Made by a program: the position numbers and the translations under genes. A stretch of DNA of 36,051 nucleotides from a virus (taxonomy: Duplodnaviria > Heunggongvirae > Uroviricota > Caudoviricetes). This document shows, in pieces, positions 1-8,199 of this stretch. The stretch's first letter is position 1. Every line of letters starts with the position of its first letter. The stretch lies in IMG/VR virus record IMGVR_UViG_2579778871_000005; one strand, written 5' to 3'. The notes beneath the pieces are model-generated. The model saw only the letters and a list, made by a program, of their open reading frames with translations. It was not told where the DNA came from and made no database searches.

Positions 1-258
1 TCAGGCGTCCAGATTTTCTTTCACCCATGCAGCAAAATCGGTATAGCCGCCGATATGTTGCTGATCGACAAAAATCTGCGGCACGGTTTCTACGGGTTTA
101 CCTGCCTTTTGTTGTAGATCTTCTTTAGTGATCCCTTCCGCACGAATATCTACATACTGATACTGAAAATCATCGCGTTCATTGCTCAATTTCTCAGCCA
201 GATCTTTTGCACGCACACAGTAAGGGCAACCCGAACGACCAAAAATAACGGTTTGCAT
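1..258 (-). CDS. grxA: Glutaredoxin 1 (host gene flanking the prophage)
   Basis: ORF 1..273 minus; product from the internal Met reads MQTVIFGRSGCPYCVRAKDL... with the CPYC active-site motif and matches my recollection of E. coli GrxA; ATG (plus-strand CAT) at 256-258. Confidence 0.9.
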   Translation of the reverse strand: MQTVIFGRSGCPYCVRAKDLAEKLSNERDDFQYQYVDIRAEGITKEDLQQKAGKPVETVPQIFVDQQHIGGYTDFAAWVKENLDA

Positions 259-498
259 TATTTCTCTCCTCATAGATTTATGCCTGTAATGATCACGCTA
301 AAATGTATTCGCTGAAAGTAGGTTTAACCTGTTGCATTAATTGCTAAAAGCTATAACTGTTAAACACAATACAGTGAAAAGTTTTAGACTGAAGGCTCAC
401 TTTGCAGAGGGAAGCTAAAGCCGCGCGCGATAAATCGGCGCTAAAAACGCAATAAATAGCAGGCGGCTTTCATTTCAGTATGTGTAACAGATTTTCTC

Positions 499-1221
499 TT
501 ATTTAGGGTAAGCCTGAACTCGGAACAACTTACTGTTAAGATGCTGACGCGCACGTTTATCCAAAAAGCGGATATAGCGGAACTGTTTATAACGATGTCT
601 CGTTGCTTTATCCAGATTTGCTCGAAGGTACTCTCCGCGTTTGCCACCACGAACTAGCGCCGTTCTACATATCTCATGGTAAAACTCACCATCCAATTCA
701 TAAAACGTAGAGAAATGGCTACCGATGTAGTCAAAATTTGCAGCCTGATACACTACGCCTGAACGGCCACAACGCTCATCCGCAAATGTTTGAACCCATT
801 TAACTTGTGGATAAAGAATGGAGATGAGCTTCAGTGAGTAAGCTAAGACACGACTTTCAGTATTGCGGGGCTGGCTGTCGTGAATCCACATTCGATTGAG
901 TTCCATATACTCCCGGTTGCCGGTCCCGAGTACCACTCGTGCGCCGCTGTTGGGGTTTAATGCATAACCGAACTGTAATACTCCAACCAAATTTCTCCCC
1001 GCAAATACCCCGAGATGCAAGTAACTGTTGTTAACAAACCGCCTGGAATAATGCTTATCTTGAATAATAGACCTGGCCAGCCAGCAACTGATGGTTTCTA
1101 CACGCAGTTCTGTGCAACCATATCCCACGATATCATTCTGATCCTTGATTACGCCGCGAGGGCTTAATACACGAGAAACCTTTTGAGCCATAATAACCTC
1201 TCGTCTGGCGCTCAAAGGCAC
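499..1221 (-). CDS. mom: Mom-like DNA modification protein (start may be the internal Met at 1191)
   Basis: 240-aa ORF containing [13 protein letters not shown], which matches the Mom motif I recall from phage Mu (..IYKAANFRYLG..); sits immediately downstream of, and overlapping, a Com-like zinc-finger ORF as in the Mu com-mom operon. Confidence 0.7.
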   Translation of the reverse strand: MPLSARREVIMAQKVSRVLSPRGVIKDQNDIVGYGCTELRVETISCWLARSIIQDKHYSRRFVNNSYLHLGVFAGRNLVGVLQFGYALNPNSGARVVLGTGNREYMELNRMWIHDSQPRNTESRVLAYSLKLISILYPQVKWVQTFADERCGRSGVVYQAANFDYIGSHFSTFYELDGEFYHEICRTALVRGGKRGEYLRANLDKATRHRYKQFRYIRFLDKRARQHLNSKLFRVQAYPK

Positions 1222-1333
1222 TCAATTCGTTTACAAACCCGCAGCGCGGGCATTTTATTTGCACCTCAATAACCTGCCCCTTGAATAGCAGTTTTGAGCA
1301 TTGCGTACATCTGACATGCATTTTGTCTGTCAT
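1133..1333 (-). CDS. com: Com-like zinc-finger translational regulator of mom
   Basis: Sub-ORF of 1133..1501 starting at ATG 1333 ([36 protein letters not shown]...), a CxxC...CxxC zinc ribbon resembling Mu Com (..IRCKNCNKLLFKA..IRCPRCK..); its 3' end overlaps the mom start. Confidence 0.55.
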   Translation of the reverse strand: MTDKMHVRCTQCSKLLFKGQVIEVQIKCPRCGFVNELSAFERQTRGYYGSKGFSCIKPSRRNQGSE

Positions 1334-1378
1334 TCTGCAAACCTTTTTCAGTATGTGAAAAACTGATAGGCTTACCGG

Positions 1379-1394
1379 ACTGATGGCCATCAGT
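1379..1394. promoter_or_regulatory. Perfect 16-bp palindrome ACTGATGGCCATCAGT upstream of com (candidate regulator binding site)
   Basis: Read directly from the sequence in the 145-bp gap between the stop at 1479 and the com start at 1333; a second inverted repeat CCAGAGTC..GACTCTGG lies at 1439-1466. Confidence 0.3.
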
Positions 1395-1478
1395 GGCAGC
1401 CTTGGGCGGCTCGCAGGCGCATCCTGCGGGTTAGCTGGCCAGAGTCTGGTTGCAGCCTGACTCTGGTCGCTGTTTTCC

Positions 1479-1931
1479 CTATAACGTCTTATTTTGAACA
1501 CTACTGGCTAGCGCGTGGAGTATGTTAGGTGAGTAACGCCAGCTATCGACCAGTCCGAGGAAATCTGCACAAAACTCACTGCAGAAATACTTATCCTCTC
1601 GCCCACGATTGAAAACAACAAACCCCACAGCACCCAACCAGTCGTATTTCAATTGGTCATTTTGCTGGAAGAACTTCTCAACGCGGGCAGGTGATGCCCT
1701 TGTCAGTATCAAATCCCATTTATCGCGCGGCAGCGGCATTTGCTTGCAGCGCACCCCCTTGTCACGCACCGACGACGAATAACAAACAAACTCACCGTTA
1801 CCCAGGTCAACGGCCAGCTCGCAGTGAGAATACTCACCCCGCGTCACCAGTCGCGTCAGCCAGTCGGAAAGCCGTGCAAACCCATGATGATCTTCTCGCC
1901 CTTTATAGAACGCCAGATACACCTGCTTCAT
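1479..1931 (-). CDS. Permuted papain-like (YiiX/YaeF-type, NlpC/P60 superfamily) protein, putative
   Basis: ORF 1479..1940; likely ATG at 1931 overlapping the upstream stop (ATGA). His-containing motif YSHCELAV early and C-terminal Cys motif KYFCSEFC, the order expected for permuted papain-fold enzymes. Assignment by motif only. Confidence 0.45.
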   Translation of the reverse strand: MKQVYLAFYKGREDHHGFARLSDWLTRLVTRGEYSHCELAVDLGNGEFVCYSSSVRDKGVRCKQMPLPRDKWDLILTRASPARVEKFFQQNDQLKYDWLGAVGFVVFNRGREDKYFCSEFCADFLGLVDSWRYSPNILHALASSVQNKTL

Positions 1932-2554
1932 GGTTGCCACCCCGTGGAGTAGTCATACGCCTGAACTGCCTGGATATCTTCCAGCGCCTCAACGGCGGCA
2001 ATATGCCGCTGGGCATTGGCAAAGAGGCGCATATCGTGATCCATTGTAACGGACTCAAACTGCGCCGCGATTTCATTGGTCAGCTCAAGAAGTCCGAGGT
2101 TTTTGGTCTGCCACATTAAGCCTTTGGGGATTTGCTTTGCCTGTCCCATTTTAGTCAGTGACATCTGCTGGATACGGCTACTGGCATCGCTGTGGAAGTG
2201 GTAGTCACCAATCACAATATAATCGGCAGTGACTTCGTCTCGTTGTGCTTTTATCGCTTGTTTAACTTGCGATTTAGCGTTATTAAGCTCGAGGGCAAAT
2301 CTGGCTACGTCATATACCCATACCTTTCCGTCTAACCGGTAAAAATCCCCTGGGGGTAATGTGGTGGTAAACGTTCTGTCTTCAACATTAACCCAGACAT
2401 ATTCCCCTTGATTGAAATGTTCAAGCCATTGTTGCTCAGTTAATTCAATCAGACTTGTTCTCTCTGGATAACAGAATAACTCGGTATCCATCCAATCCAG
2501 AACACGTAAGGATGCAGGATCGTAGTAAGCATATTTTGACATTATCTTCACCAA
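1928..2554 (-). CDS. Tail fiber assembly protein (Tfa)
   Basis: 208-aa ORF immediately downstream of the tail fiber gene with overlapping start/stop; size, position and C-terminal ..YDYSTGW.. are typical of Tfa chaperones. Confidence 0.6.
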   Translation of the reverse strand: MVKIMSKYAYYDPASLRVLDWMDTELFCYPERTSLIELTEQQWLEHFNQGEYVWVNVEDRTFTTTLPPGDFYRLDGKVWVYDVARFALELNNAKSQVKQAIKAQRDEVTADYIVIGDYHFHSDASSRIQQMSLTKMGQAKQIPKGLMWQTKNLGLLELTNEIAAQFESVTMDHDMRLFANAQRHIAAVEALEDIQAVQAYDYSTGWQP

Positions 2555-4164
2555 TAAATTCTGACGATACCAGAAGAACCATTCGATCCATTATTAAGAA
2601 CCCAGTCACCTAGATACCCCCGGTTACTGGCACTGGAGCTACCACCTGCACCACCTGCACCGAAGCCATTTGCATTAGATGGTAATGAACCAGCTATTAT
2701 CTCTGAACGTTCTAATGTGACATTCCCAGGGATTCCACCTTTACCTAAGATAGAATCACTCCCTCTTAGCCCTAGAGTTACATACTCTTCCTTACGCCCG
2801 CCTCCATTCCCATCAGAGGGGAGAAATCTTATTACATTTCCTCCTGTACACCCTGCTACACCTCCATCACCACCTGGTACATTCAGATATGCAAAAGAGG
2901 ATTGTCCTCCAGCGTTCCCGTTATAACCTATACCTTGTGAGCCGCTGCCTTTCGCACCTCCGCTACCGCCTACACCAACCATTACAGGTATCTGACTTTT
3001 TGGTGCAACATCAACATAACCAGCAATACATCCGGCAGCGATTCCCCCTGTGGAACAAACATTATTTGCTGATGAACCTCCGGCTCCGCCACCACCACCA
3101 CCAACAACCTCAACAAAGATCTGCGTCACCCCATCCGGTACAGTAAAAGTCCCATTAGCCGTAAAAAACTGATAATGGGAGTGGTTGGCTGGAGCTGCCG
3201 CACTTGCCTTGTCATACGCCGCCTTAACTGCGCTCGGCGTCGCCGCTTCCGTCGTGCTGTTACTATTCGTAGAGCTATTAAGCTTCACAACTCCTTTCTG
3301 TGCCGTCGTGGCATCCGGAACGTCGGTAATTTGATTCCAGGGGTGCGAATGATTTCCCGCCGCCTTACCATTCGCCAGGTCATACGCCGCCTTAACAGCA
3401 CTCGGTGTCGCTGCCTCTGTCGTATTGGTACTGTTCGTCGCACTATTAAGCTTCACAACCCCTTTCTGCGCCGTAGTGCCATCCGGCACCCCGGTAATAT
3501 CGCCCCACGGATGTTTATGCGCTTTATCAGCCCCAGCTTTTTCCAGTGCCTCATTCGCCTTATCCATCGCCGCCTTCACCGCCTTCGGCGTTGCTGCCTG
3601 CGTTTCCAGCGTGCTATTGGTTGAGCTGTTAAGCTGCGTAAAGCCTTTCTGCGTCAGCGTCGCGTCCGGGTGATTATGCGATCTTTCGTGCTCTTCAATA
3701 CTGGAGTCCACATAATCTACCGTTGCCATCACCAGTGATGGATCAACCATCAATGTCACAGCCGCCGCGTTCGTCACCTCCATCACCGCACGGATCACAA
3801 TCTGCTTACTGGCCCCGGCAGGCAGCTTCGGCTTATAGGTTTCCGGGAACTTGCCAATGGCGATCAGTACGCCGTCCTTATCCAGCAATCCCACCTCGCG
3901 GATATACCAGCCGCCGACTGATTCCGGCAGTACCGCCTCGGCAATCACCCACGCCGGGTTTTCCGGGGCGATTTTCAGAGTATTCAGTGGCCCGCGCCAG
4001 ACTTCACGCACCACCTTTGTCTGGCTCTCTTTCGGTTCGGCATACTGCCCACCGCCGTCGCCAACGACCATTGTTTGCAGCACTATCTGCTTTTGTTCCG
4101 CCAACGCCGCCGCGATTTTCGCGCGGCCAGCGGCGGTTAAAATGGTAAAAAATTCACTCGCCAT
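2548..4164 (-). CDS. Tail fiber protein
   Basis: 538-aa ORF; N-terminus MASEFFTILTAAGRAKIAAA... resembles the conserved N-terminal domain of Mu S / P2 H-type fibers; three in-frame tandem repeats (..AQKGVVKLNSSTNS..TTEAATPSAVKAAYD..HSHPW..ITDVPD..) and a Gly-rich C-terminal domain. Confidence 0.8.
   Translation of the reverse strand: MASEFFTILTAAGRAKIAAALAEQKQIVLQTMVVGDGGGQYAEPKESQTKVVREVWRGPLNTLKIAPENPAWVIAEAVLPESVGGWYIREVGLLDKDGVLIAIGKFPETYKPKLPAGASKQIVIRAVMEVTNAAAVTLMVDPSLVMATVDYVDSSIEEHERSHNHPDATLTQKGFTQLNSSTNSTLETQAATPKAVKAAMDKANEALEKAGADKAHKHPWGDITGVPDGTTAQKGVVKLNSATNSTNTTEAATPSAVKAAYDLANGKAAGNHSHPWNQITDVPDATTAQKGVVKLNSSTNSNSTTEAATPSAVKAAYDKASAAAPANHSHYQFFTANGTFTVPDGVTQIFVEVVGGGGGGAGGSSANNVCSTGGIAAGCIAGYVDVAPKSQIPVMVGVGGSGGAKGSGSQGIGYNGNAGGQSSFAYLNVPGGDGGVAGCTGGNVIRFLPSDGNGGGRKEEYVTLGLRGSDSILGKGGIPGNVTLERSEIIAGSLPSNANGFGAGGAGGSSSASNRGYLGDWVLNNGSNGSSGIVRIYW
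3169..3663. repeat. Three tandem ~140-bp in-frame repeats inside the tail fiber gene
   Basis: Near-identical DNA blocks (for example gccgccttaac.gc.ctcgg.gtcgc.gc.tc.gtcgt...ctattaagcttcacaac.cctttctg.gccgt) recur at about 3230-3330 and 3375-3480, mirrored by the protein repeats. Confidence 0.7.
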
Positions 4165-4883
4165 TACTCCTCCGGGTAAACAGTGACAAACTCAATACTC
4201 CAGCAGCCCGCTCCAACACTCATAACGCTGGTCTGCTCAACATTGCCATGCAGCGGAGGCAACACCGTTACCACCTCTGCACTCAGACACTCCGTCGCCA
4301 GATAAACCGCAGACGACTGACTCACGCTCTCCGCAATCCACGGCAGAACGGTAGCGATCTCGCCGCCCTGAACCGCGCTGGCGATAACGGGGATCTGGCT
4401 CTGGTTAATCAGCCAGATAGTCAGCATCTCCAGCTTTGAGCGGACGTTCTTGTACTCATGGATCAGCACAATCAGCGCGTTAAATTCATCCTCAGTCAGC
4501 CCGCGCGTCTCAAGCGTCACACCCATGCGGAAAAAGTACGGCTTGCCGCCATACTCAAACCACTCGCTGATATCGCCGTCCAGTGCCAGAATCTTCAGTA
4601 CCTGACGCACAGCCCACGGCGTACCGCGATAGCGGTGCAGCTCAATGGCCTGCTTGATCAGATCGCGTTTCTGCCGCTCATTACGGGCGAACAGCCAGCC
4701 TTCCAGCCCCTGAACATGAAACTGTTCTGCCAGCGACGGTAGCGCCGTGGCGTCCACCAGATCCACTAGGTAAATCAGCAGCACAGTCAGATCGAGTTGT
4801 GCGAAGCGTTCGGCGGCAAGATTTGCCAGCCGGGTAAAGCGTTCATCCCCGGCCAGCGGCGGTTGAAGCGGTAACTTATCCAT
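4164..4883 (-). CDS. Tail/baseplate protein, P2 gpI-like
   Basis: 239-aa ORF between the baseplate J-like and tail fiber genes, the gpI position in P2-type tails; overlapping start/stop with neighbours. Confidence 0.65.
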   Translation of the reverse strand: MDKLPLQPPLAGDERFTRLANLAAERFAQLDLTVLLIYLVDLVDATALPSLAEQFHVQGLEGWLFARNERQKRDLIKQAIELHRYRGTPWAVRQVLKILALDGDISEWFEYGGKPYFFRMGVTLETRGLTEDEFNALIVLIHEYKNVRSKLEMLTIWLINQSQIPVIASAVQGGEIATVLPWIAESVSQSSAVYLATECLSAEVVTVLPPLHGNVEQTSVMSVGAGCWSIEFVTVYPEE

Positions 4884-5991
4884 CGCTCACCCCGGCGATG
4901 GTCACATCAATTGCGGTACACTGCGCCCACTCATGCGCCGCCAGCACTCGTTTGGCAGGCGTTTCCAGCGCCACGTCATAAACTCCCGCCACCTGCAACA
5001 CCTTGATGATTTGATTGGGGACGATATCCAGCCCCAGATGGCGCTCGCGTTCTGCCGTCCAGTCGGCGATGGCCCGCCGCGCGGCAAGCAGGGTTGAGTC
5101 CTGATCGGCTTTAGTGAACAGCGTGAGTTGCGCGTTAATCTGATATGCCACGCGGAGTGGTTTCTTCGCGCTCACCTTATCTGTCAGTGGGCGCTTTTTC
5201 TCTTTGCTGACGTCCTGTACCACCTGTGCGAGCAGTTCGTCTCCGGGCAGGCCGTCCTGCGTCAGCGGGTAAATCTCCACGCAACCTTCATCCAGCCCTT
5301 CATCCGGGCCGAGGATGGCCACGTCGATAATCGCCTGACTGACCGACAACGCATGAAAGCGGTACGCGCCATAACTGCCCGCGTTGCTGAAGCACTCCGG
5401 GGCCAGCCGGATACGCTCACGCAGGGCGTCGTCACCCTCATCGGCACATCCACCGCCTGAAGCAGTAATGTTCGTTACCTGCAAATCCACGCCCGCCACG
5501 CTGTCTACCAGTGCGCTAATCTGCGCCGGTTGCCAGTCATTACCAGGCTCACCAGCGGTGGTACAGGTGGCAGTCACATCCACGCTCAGGCTTCCGGCAG
5601 GCAGCAGCACGTCATCATCGGTGGCAAACATCACGCTGTTAGAGGCGCTGGCGCGGGTTCCCTCCGGGATCAACACATTGCGCTTTTGCGCCTTGGCAAC
5701 GGAGAATTGCAATGTGGTCTGCGCCGCTTGTGCGGGCAGGCGCTTCACACCCACCAGTTCGCCGAGATAATCGAGCATTGGCGCACGGGAAAACGCCACA
5801 AGGTTCTGCTTTGCCGCTTCCTGGATGCCGATGCGTACAAGGTTCTCACGGTAGGCAAAGACGTCTATCAGCAGCCGCTCCGCCTGCGCCGGATAGAGCG
5901 TTTTACCGCTGGCCGCTTCATACTGCGCAATCATCTCGCTGGTAATTTGCGCCGGGTCGCGGTCGATAAAATCGGGTTCATCTAACGCCAT
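4876..5991 (-). CDS. Baseplate protein, P2 gpJ-like
   Basis: 371-aa ORF downstream of the W-like gene; size and synteny (V-W-J-I-H) match a P2-type baseplate; assignment by synteny and general similarity. Confidence 0.7.
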   Translation of the reverse strand: MALDEPDFIDRDPAQITSEMIAQYEAASGKTLYPAQAERLLIDVFAYRENLVRIGIQEAAKQNLVAFSRAPMLDYLGELVGVKRLPAQAAQTTLQFSVAKAQKRNVLIPEGTRASASNSVMFATDDDVLLPAGSLSVDVTATCTTAGEPGNDWQPAQISALVDSVAGVDLQVTNITASGGGCADEGDDALRERIRLAPECFSNAGSYGAYRFHALSVSQAIIDVAILGPDEGLDEGCVEIYPLTQDGLPGDELLAQVVQDVSKEKKRPLTDKVSAKKPLRVAYQINAQLTLFTKADQDSTLLAARRAIADWTAERERHLGLDIVPNQIIKVLQVAGVYDVALETPAKRVLAAHEWAQCTAIDVTIAGVSDG

Positions 5992-6341
5992 ACCACCTCC
6001 GTTTCATTAATGACGCCATCAGCGGCACGCCACTGGATGCGCAGCGTGAGATGTTCGCCGTCCAGTTCCGGCACCACTTTCAGAAATTTGCAGCGCGGCT
6101 CCCATTGACGAATAGCCTCCACCGACTCACGCACCACATGCGGAATCGCCCGTTCAGCAGGCCAGTCGATATAGCGCCACAGGTCGCTGCCGAAAAAGGG
6201 ACGATGGGGATCGCTGCCGCGCGGTGTGCGCAGAATGATGTGAACGGCCTGGCTGATATCATCCAGCCCGCAGACGTATTCGCCGTCGCGTTTCAGGGCC
6301 GGTTGCCAGTGCAGATTTAAAGGATGGGATTGTGTGCTCAT
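5982..6341 (-). CDS. Baseplate wedge protein, P2 gpW / T4 gp25-like
   Basis: 119-aa ORF (MSTQSHPLNLHWQPALKRDGEYVCGLDDISQAVHIILRTPRGSDP...) of the size and position of gpW-family proteins. Confidence 0.65.
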   Translation of the reverse strand: MSTQSHPLNLHWQPALKRDGEYVCGLDDISQAVHIILRTPRGSDPHRPFFGSDLWRYIDWPAERAIPHVVRESVEAIRQWEPRCKFLKVVPELDGEHLTLRIQWRAADGVINETEVVWR

Positions 6342-6386
6342 GGGGGCATTGTCGCCCCCGGTGCTACAGCGCGGTATTAAACCGCT

Positions 6387-6878
6387 TTAATGAGAGTGAT
6401 GGTTGGTATTGCCGCCTGCGTCGATGATAGTGCCTGACGCATTGATATTGCCGTTAACCTGAATATTGCTATTAATCGTGGTCAGCGGTGCGGTAATAGT
6501 GATACTGGTTTTCACCTCAATCACGATTTTTTCAATGCCGCCATTAACGGTAAGTTGGTGCTGTTTGCGATCATACTCAATCGCGGCCTCATCGGAGAAC
6601 CTCACATAGCGCTTGTCTTTGTCAGTCACCGGCGGCGTATCGACCGACGAATAGACAGCCCCCAGCACCACGCCATCCTCGCCGTTATCATCCAGCAGAA
6701 CCTCCACCTGCTCGCCAATATCCGGGAGCCAGTAGTCCTTATTGTCCTGTGTATTGCGTTGCAGGATGGGGAGCCAGTTGGTACGCAGATCGTCGCATTC
6801 CGGCAGGGTGACGCGCACACACACCTTCACTTCGTCGATATCGCTGATAATACCGGTCTGTCGGGTTACGCCTTTCAT
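6387..6878 (-). CDS. Baseplate spike/assembly protein, P2 gpV-like
   Basis: 163-aa ORF upstream of the W-like gene with a beta-rich, repeat-like C-terminus (..ITITAPLTTINSNIQVNGNINASGTIID..) typical of spike proteins. Confidence 0.6.
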   Translation of the reverse strand: MKGVTRQTGIISDIDEVKVCVRVTLPECDDLRTNWLPILQRNTQDNKDYWLPDIGEQVEVLLDDNGEDGVVLGAVYSSVDTPPVTDKDKRYVRFSDEAAIEYDRKQHQLTVNGGIEKIVIEVKTSITITAPLTTINSNIQVNGNINASGTIIDAGGNTNHHSH

Positions 6879-7993
6879 TGTGTCTCCTGCGTTGTTGTAC
6901 CGTCAGGGTGATAAACGGTCAGGGTGTCGGGCTTTTTATTCTTACGTTTGCCGGAGCCAGAGCTGCTGCCCGCCGCCGTTTTCGGGCCGCGTCCAATCTC
7001 GATCTCCGTACTGTACCCTGATGAACGGTCGAACGAATGGCGGGCGCTGGTGATAAGCCACTCCCCGGAGAGCACTCCGAACCCGTCAAGATTGATTTTG
7101 TTCCCGGCGATAAGCTGCGTGTTACCCATCATGGAGAGCGAACCGGTCTGCTGATACTCGTTATGATCATCCAGCGCCGCCTCGGCTTTCACCTGTGCCG
7201 TCCCCTGATCCGCCGCCCGCGCATTGACCTTGAGCGTATCGGCGCTGGTTGATTTACCGCGTGGGGCGGTACTGCTACTGCCATCGGCGTTATAGGTGAT
7301 CAGTTCCTTATCCTTACTCTTCTGATGCGCCACCTTTGCATCCTTATAGATGCGGTTGATGGTATCGCGCAGCGACCATCGCGCCACATCCTGCGGCGTC
7401 AGCGTCGTCACCGGCGCATTGCTGCGCAGCGTGGCCAGATGGGAAAACACCAGCTCATCAGTGGTGACTTTCAGCGCGTAGCCATACTCACCCGCCAGTC
7501 GCTTCAGAAAGCCGACGTCTGTCTCCGCGTATTGCGTCACCCGATCAATAGTAATTGGCTCTATCTGGCCAACCAGCTTCAGGCCGTGCTTCTGTGCGAT
7601 ACGGCTGGCAATCGCATCCAGCGTCGTTTCTTCGTAGCCCTCGCTGGACGCGGTGCGCAGGGCGCTATTGACCGACGTCGCCACGCCGCGAATGGATACC
7701 GTATCCGGCGGTGCGCCCAGCTCAATCTCATCGATGGAGAACGATCCACAGTCCAGCAACGCTTCGCCCTGATAACCTAACTTCAGCATCAGCATATCGC
7801 CTTTGCCCGGATACCAGGCATCCCGCCAGCGCCCGGCAGTGTCTTCCACCTGCACGTCGATTTCATCCGACTCGCTCTTGAGACTGTCGGTATACGTCAC
7901 GCTCAGGACAAAAGGCGCAATATCGTGGGTGATATCTTTCTGCCCGTAAAACAGGGTGAAAACGGGGGTGATAACGGCATTTACCTGAGCCAC
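6875..7993 (-). CDS. Tail protein, P2 gpD-like (baseplate hub / late control D family)
   Basis: 372-aa ORF following the X-like and U-like genes after the tape measure, the P2 T-U-D order. Confidence 0.65.
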   Translation of the reverse strand: MAQVNAVITPVFTLFYGQKDITHDIAPFVLSVTYTDSLKSESDEIDVQVEDTAGRWRDAWYPGKGDMLMLKLGYQGEALLDCGSFSIDEIELGAPPDTVSIRGVATSVNSALRTASSEGYEETTLDAIASRIAQKHGLKLVGQIEPITIDRVTQYAETDVGFLKRLAGEYGYALKVTTDELVFSHLATLRSNAPVTTLTPQDVARWSLRDTINRIYKDAKVAHQKSKDKELITYNADGSSSTAPRGKSTSADTLKVNARAADQGTAQVKAEAALDDHNEYQQTGSLSMMGNTQLIAGNKINLDGFGVLSGEWLITSARHSFDRSSGYSTEIEIGRGPKTAAGSSSGSGKRKNKKPDTLTVYHPDGTTTQETQ

Positions 7994-8199
7994 GGTGGCA
8001 CCTCATCAACATCATGCACCTGCATCGGCCCAATCACCGGGATACGCAGCCGCAGCCCGGAGGCCAGCGTGGGCGTGATCGCAATATGCGGATTAGCGAT
8101 AATGATGCGCTCATAGCCCATCGGATCGCCATAATAGCGGAACGCCAGATTATCCCAGCGTTCACCCTCGGTGGTGATATGTTCAATCCAGCCGCCCAT
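7981..8199 (-). CDS. Tail protein X-like (small LysM-like tail protein)
   Basis: 72-aa ORF (MGGWIEHITTEGERWDNLAFRYYGDPMGYERIIIANP...) of the size and motif pattern of P2 gpX-family proteins. Confidence 0.55.
   Translation of the reverse strand: MGGWIEHITTEGERWDNLAFRYYGDPMGYERIIIANPHIAITPTLASGLRLRIPVIGPMQVHDVDEVPPWLR

Noticed and set aside
1691-2119. Plus-strand 142-aa ORF
   Set aside because: Overlaps the tail fiber assembly and papain-like genes on the opposite strand; no independent support.
3175-3624. Plus-strand Arg-rich 149-aa ORF and neighbouring plus-strand ORFs (2717-4186)
   Set aside because: Antisense to the well-supported tail fiber gene; low-complexity Arg/Pro/Ser composition typical of spurious reverse-frame ORFs in GC-rich coding DNA.
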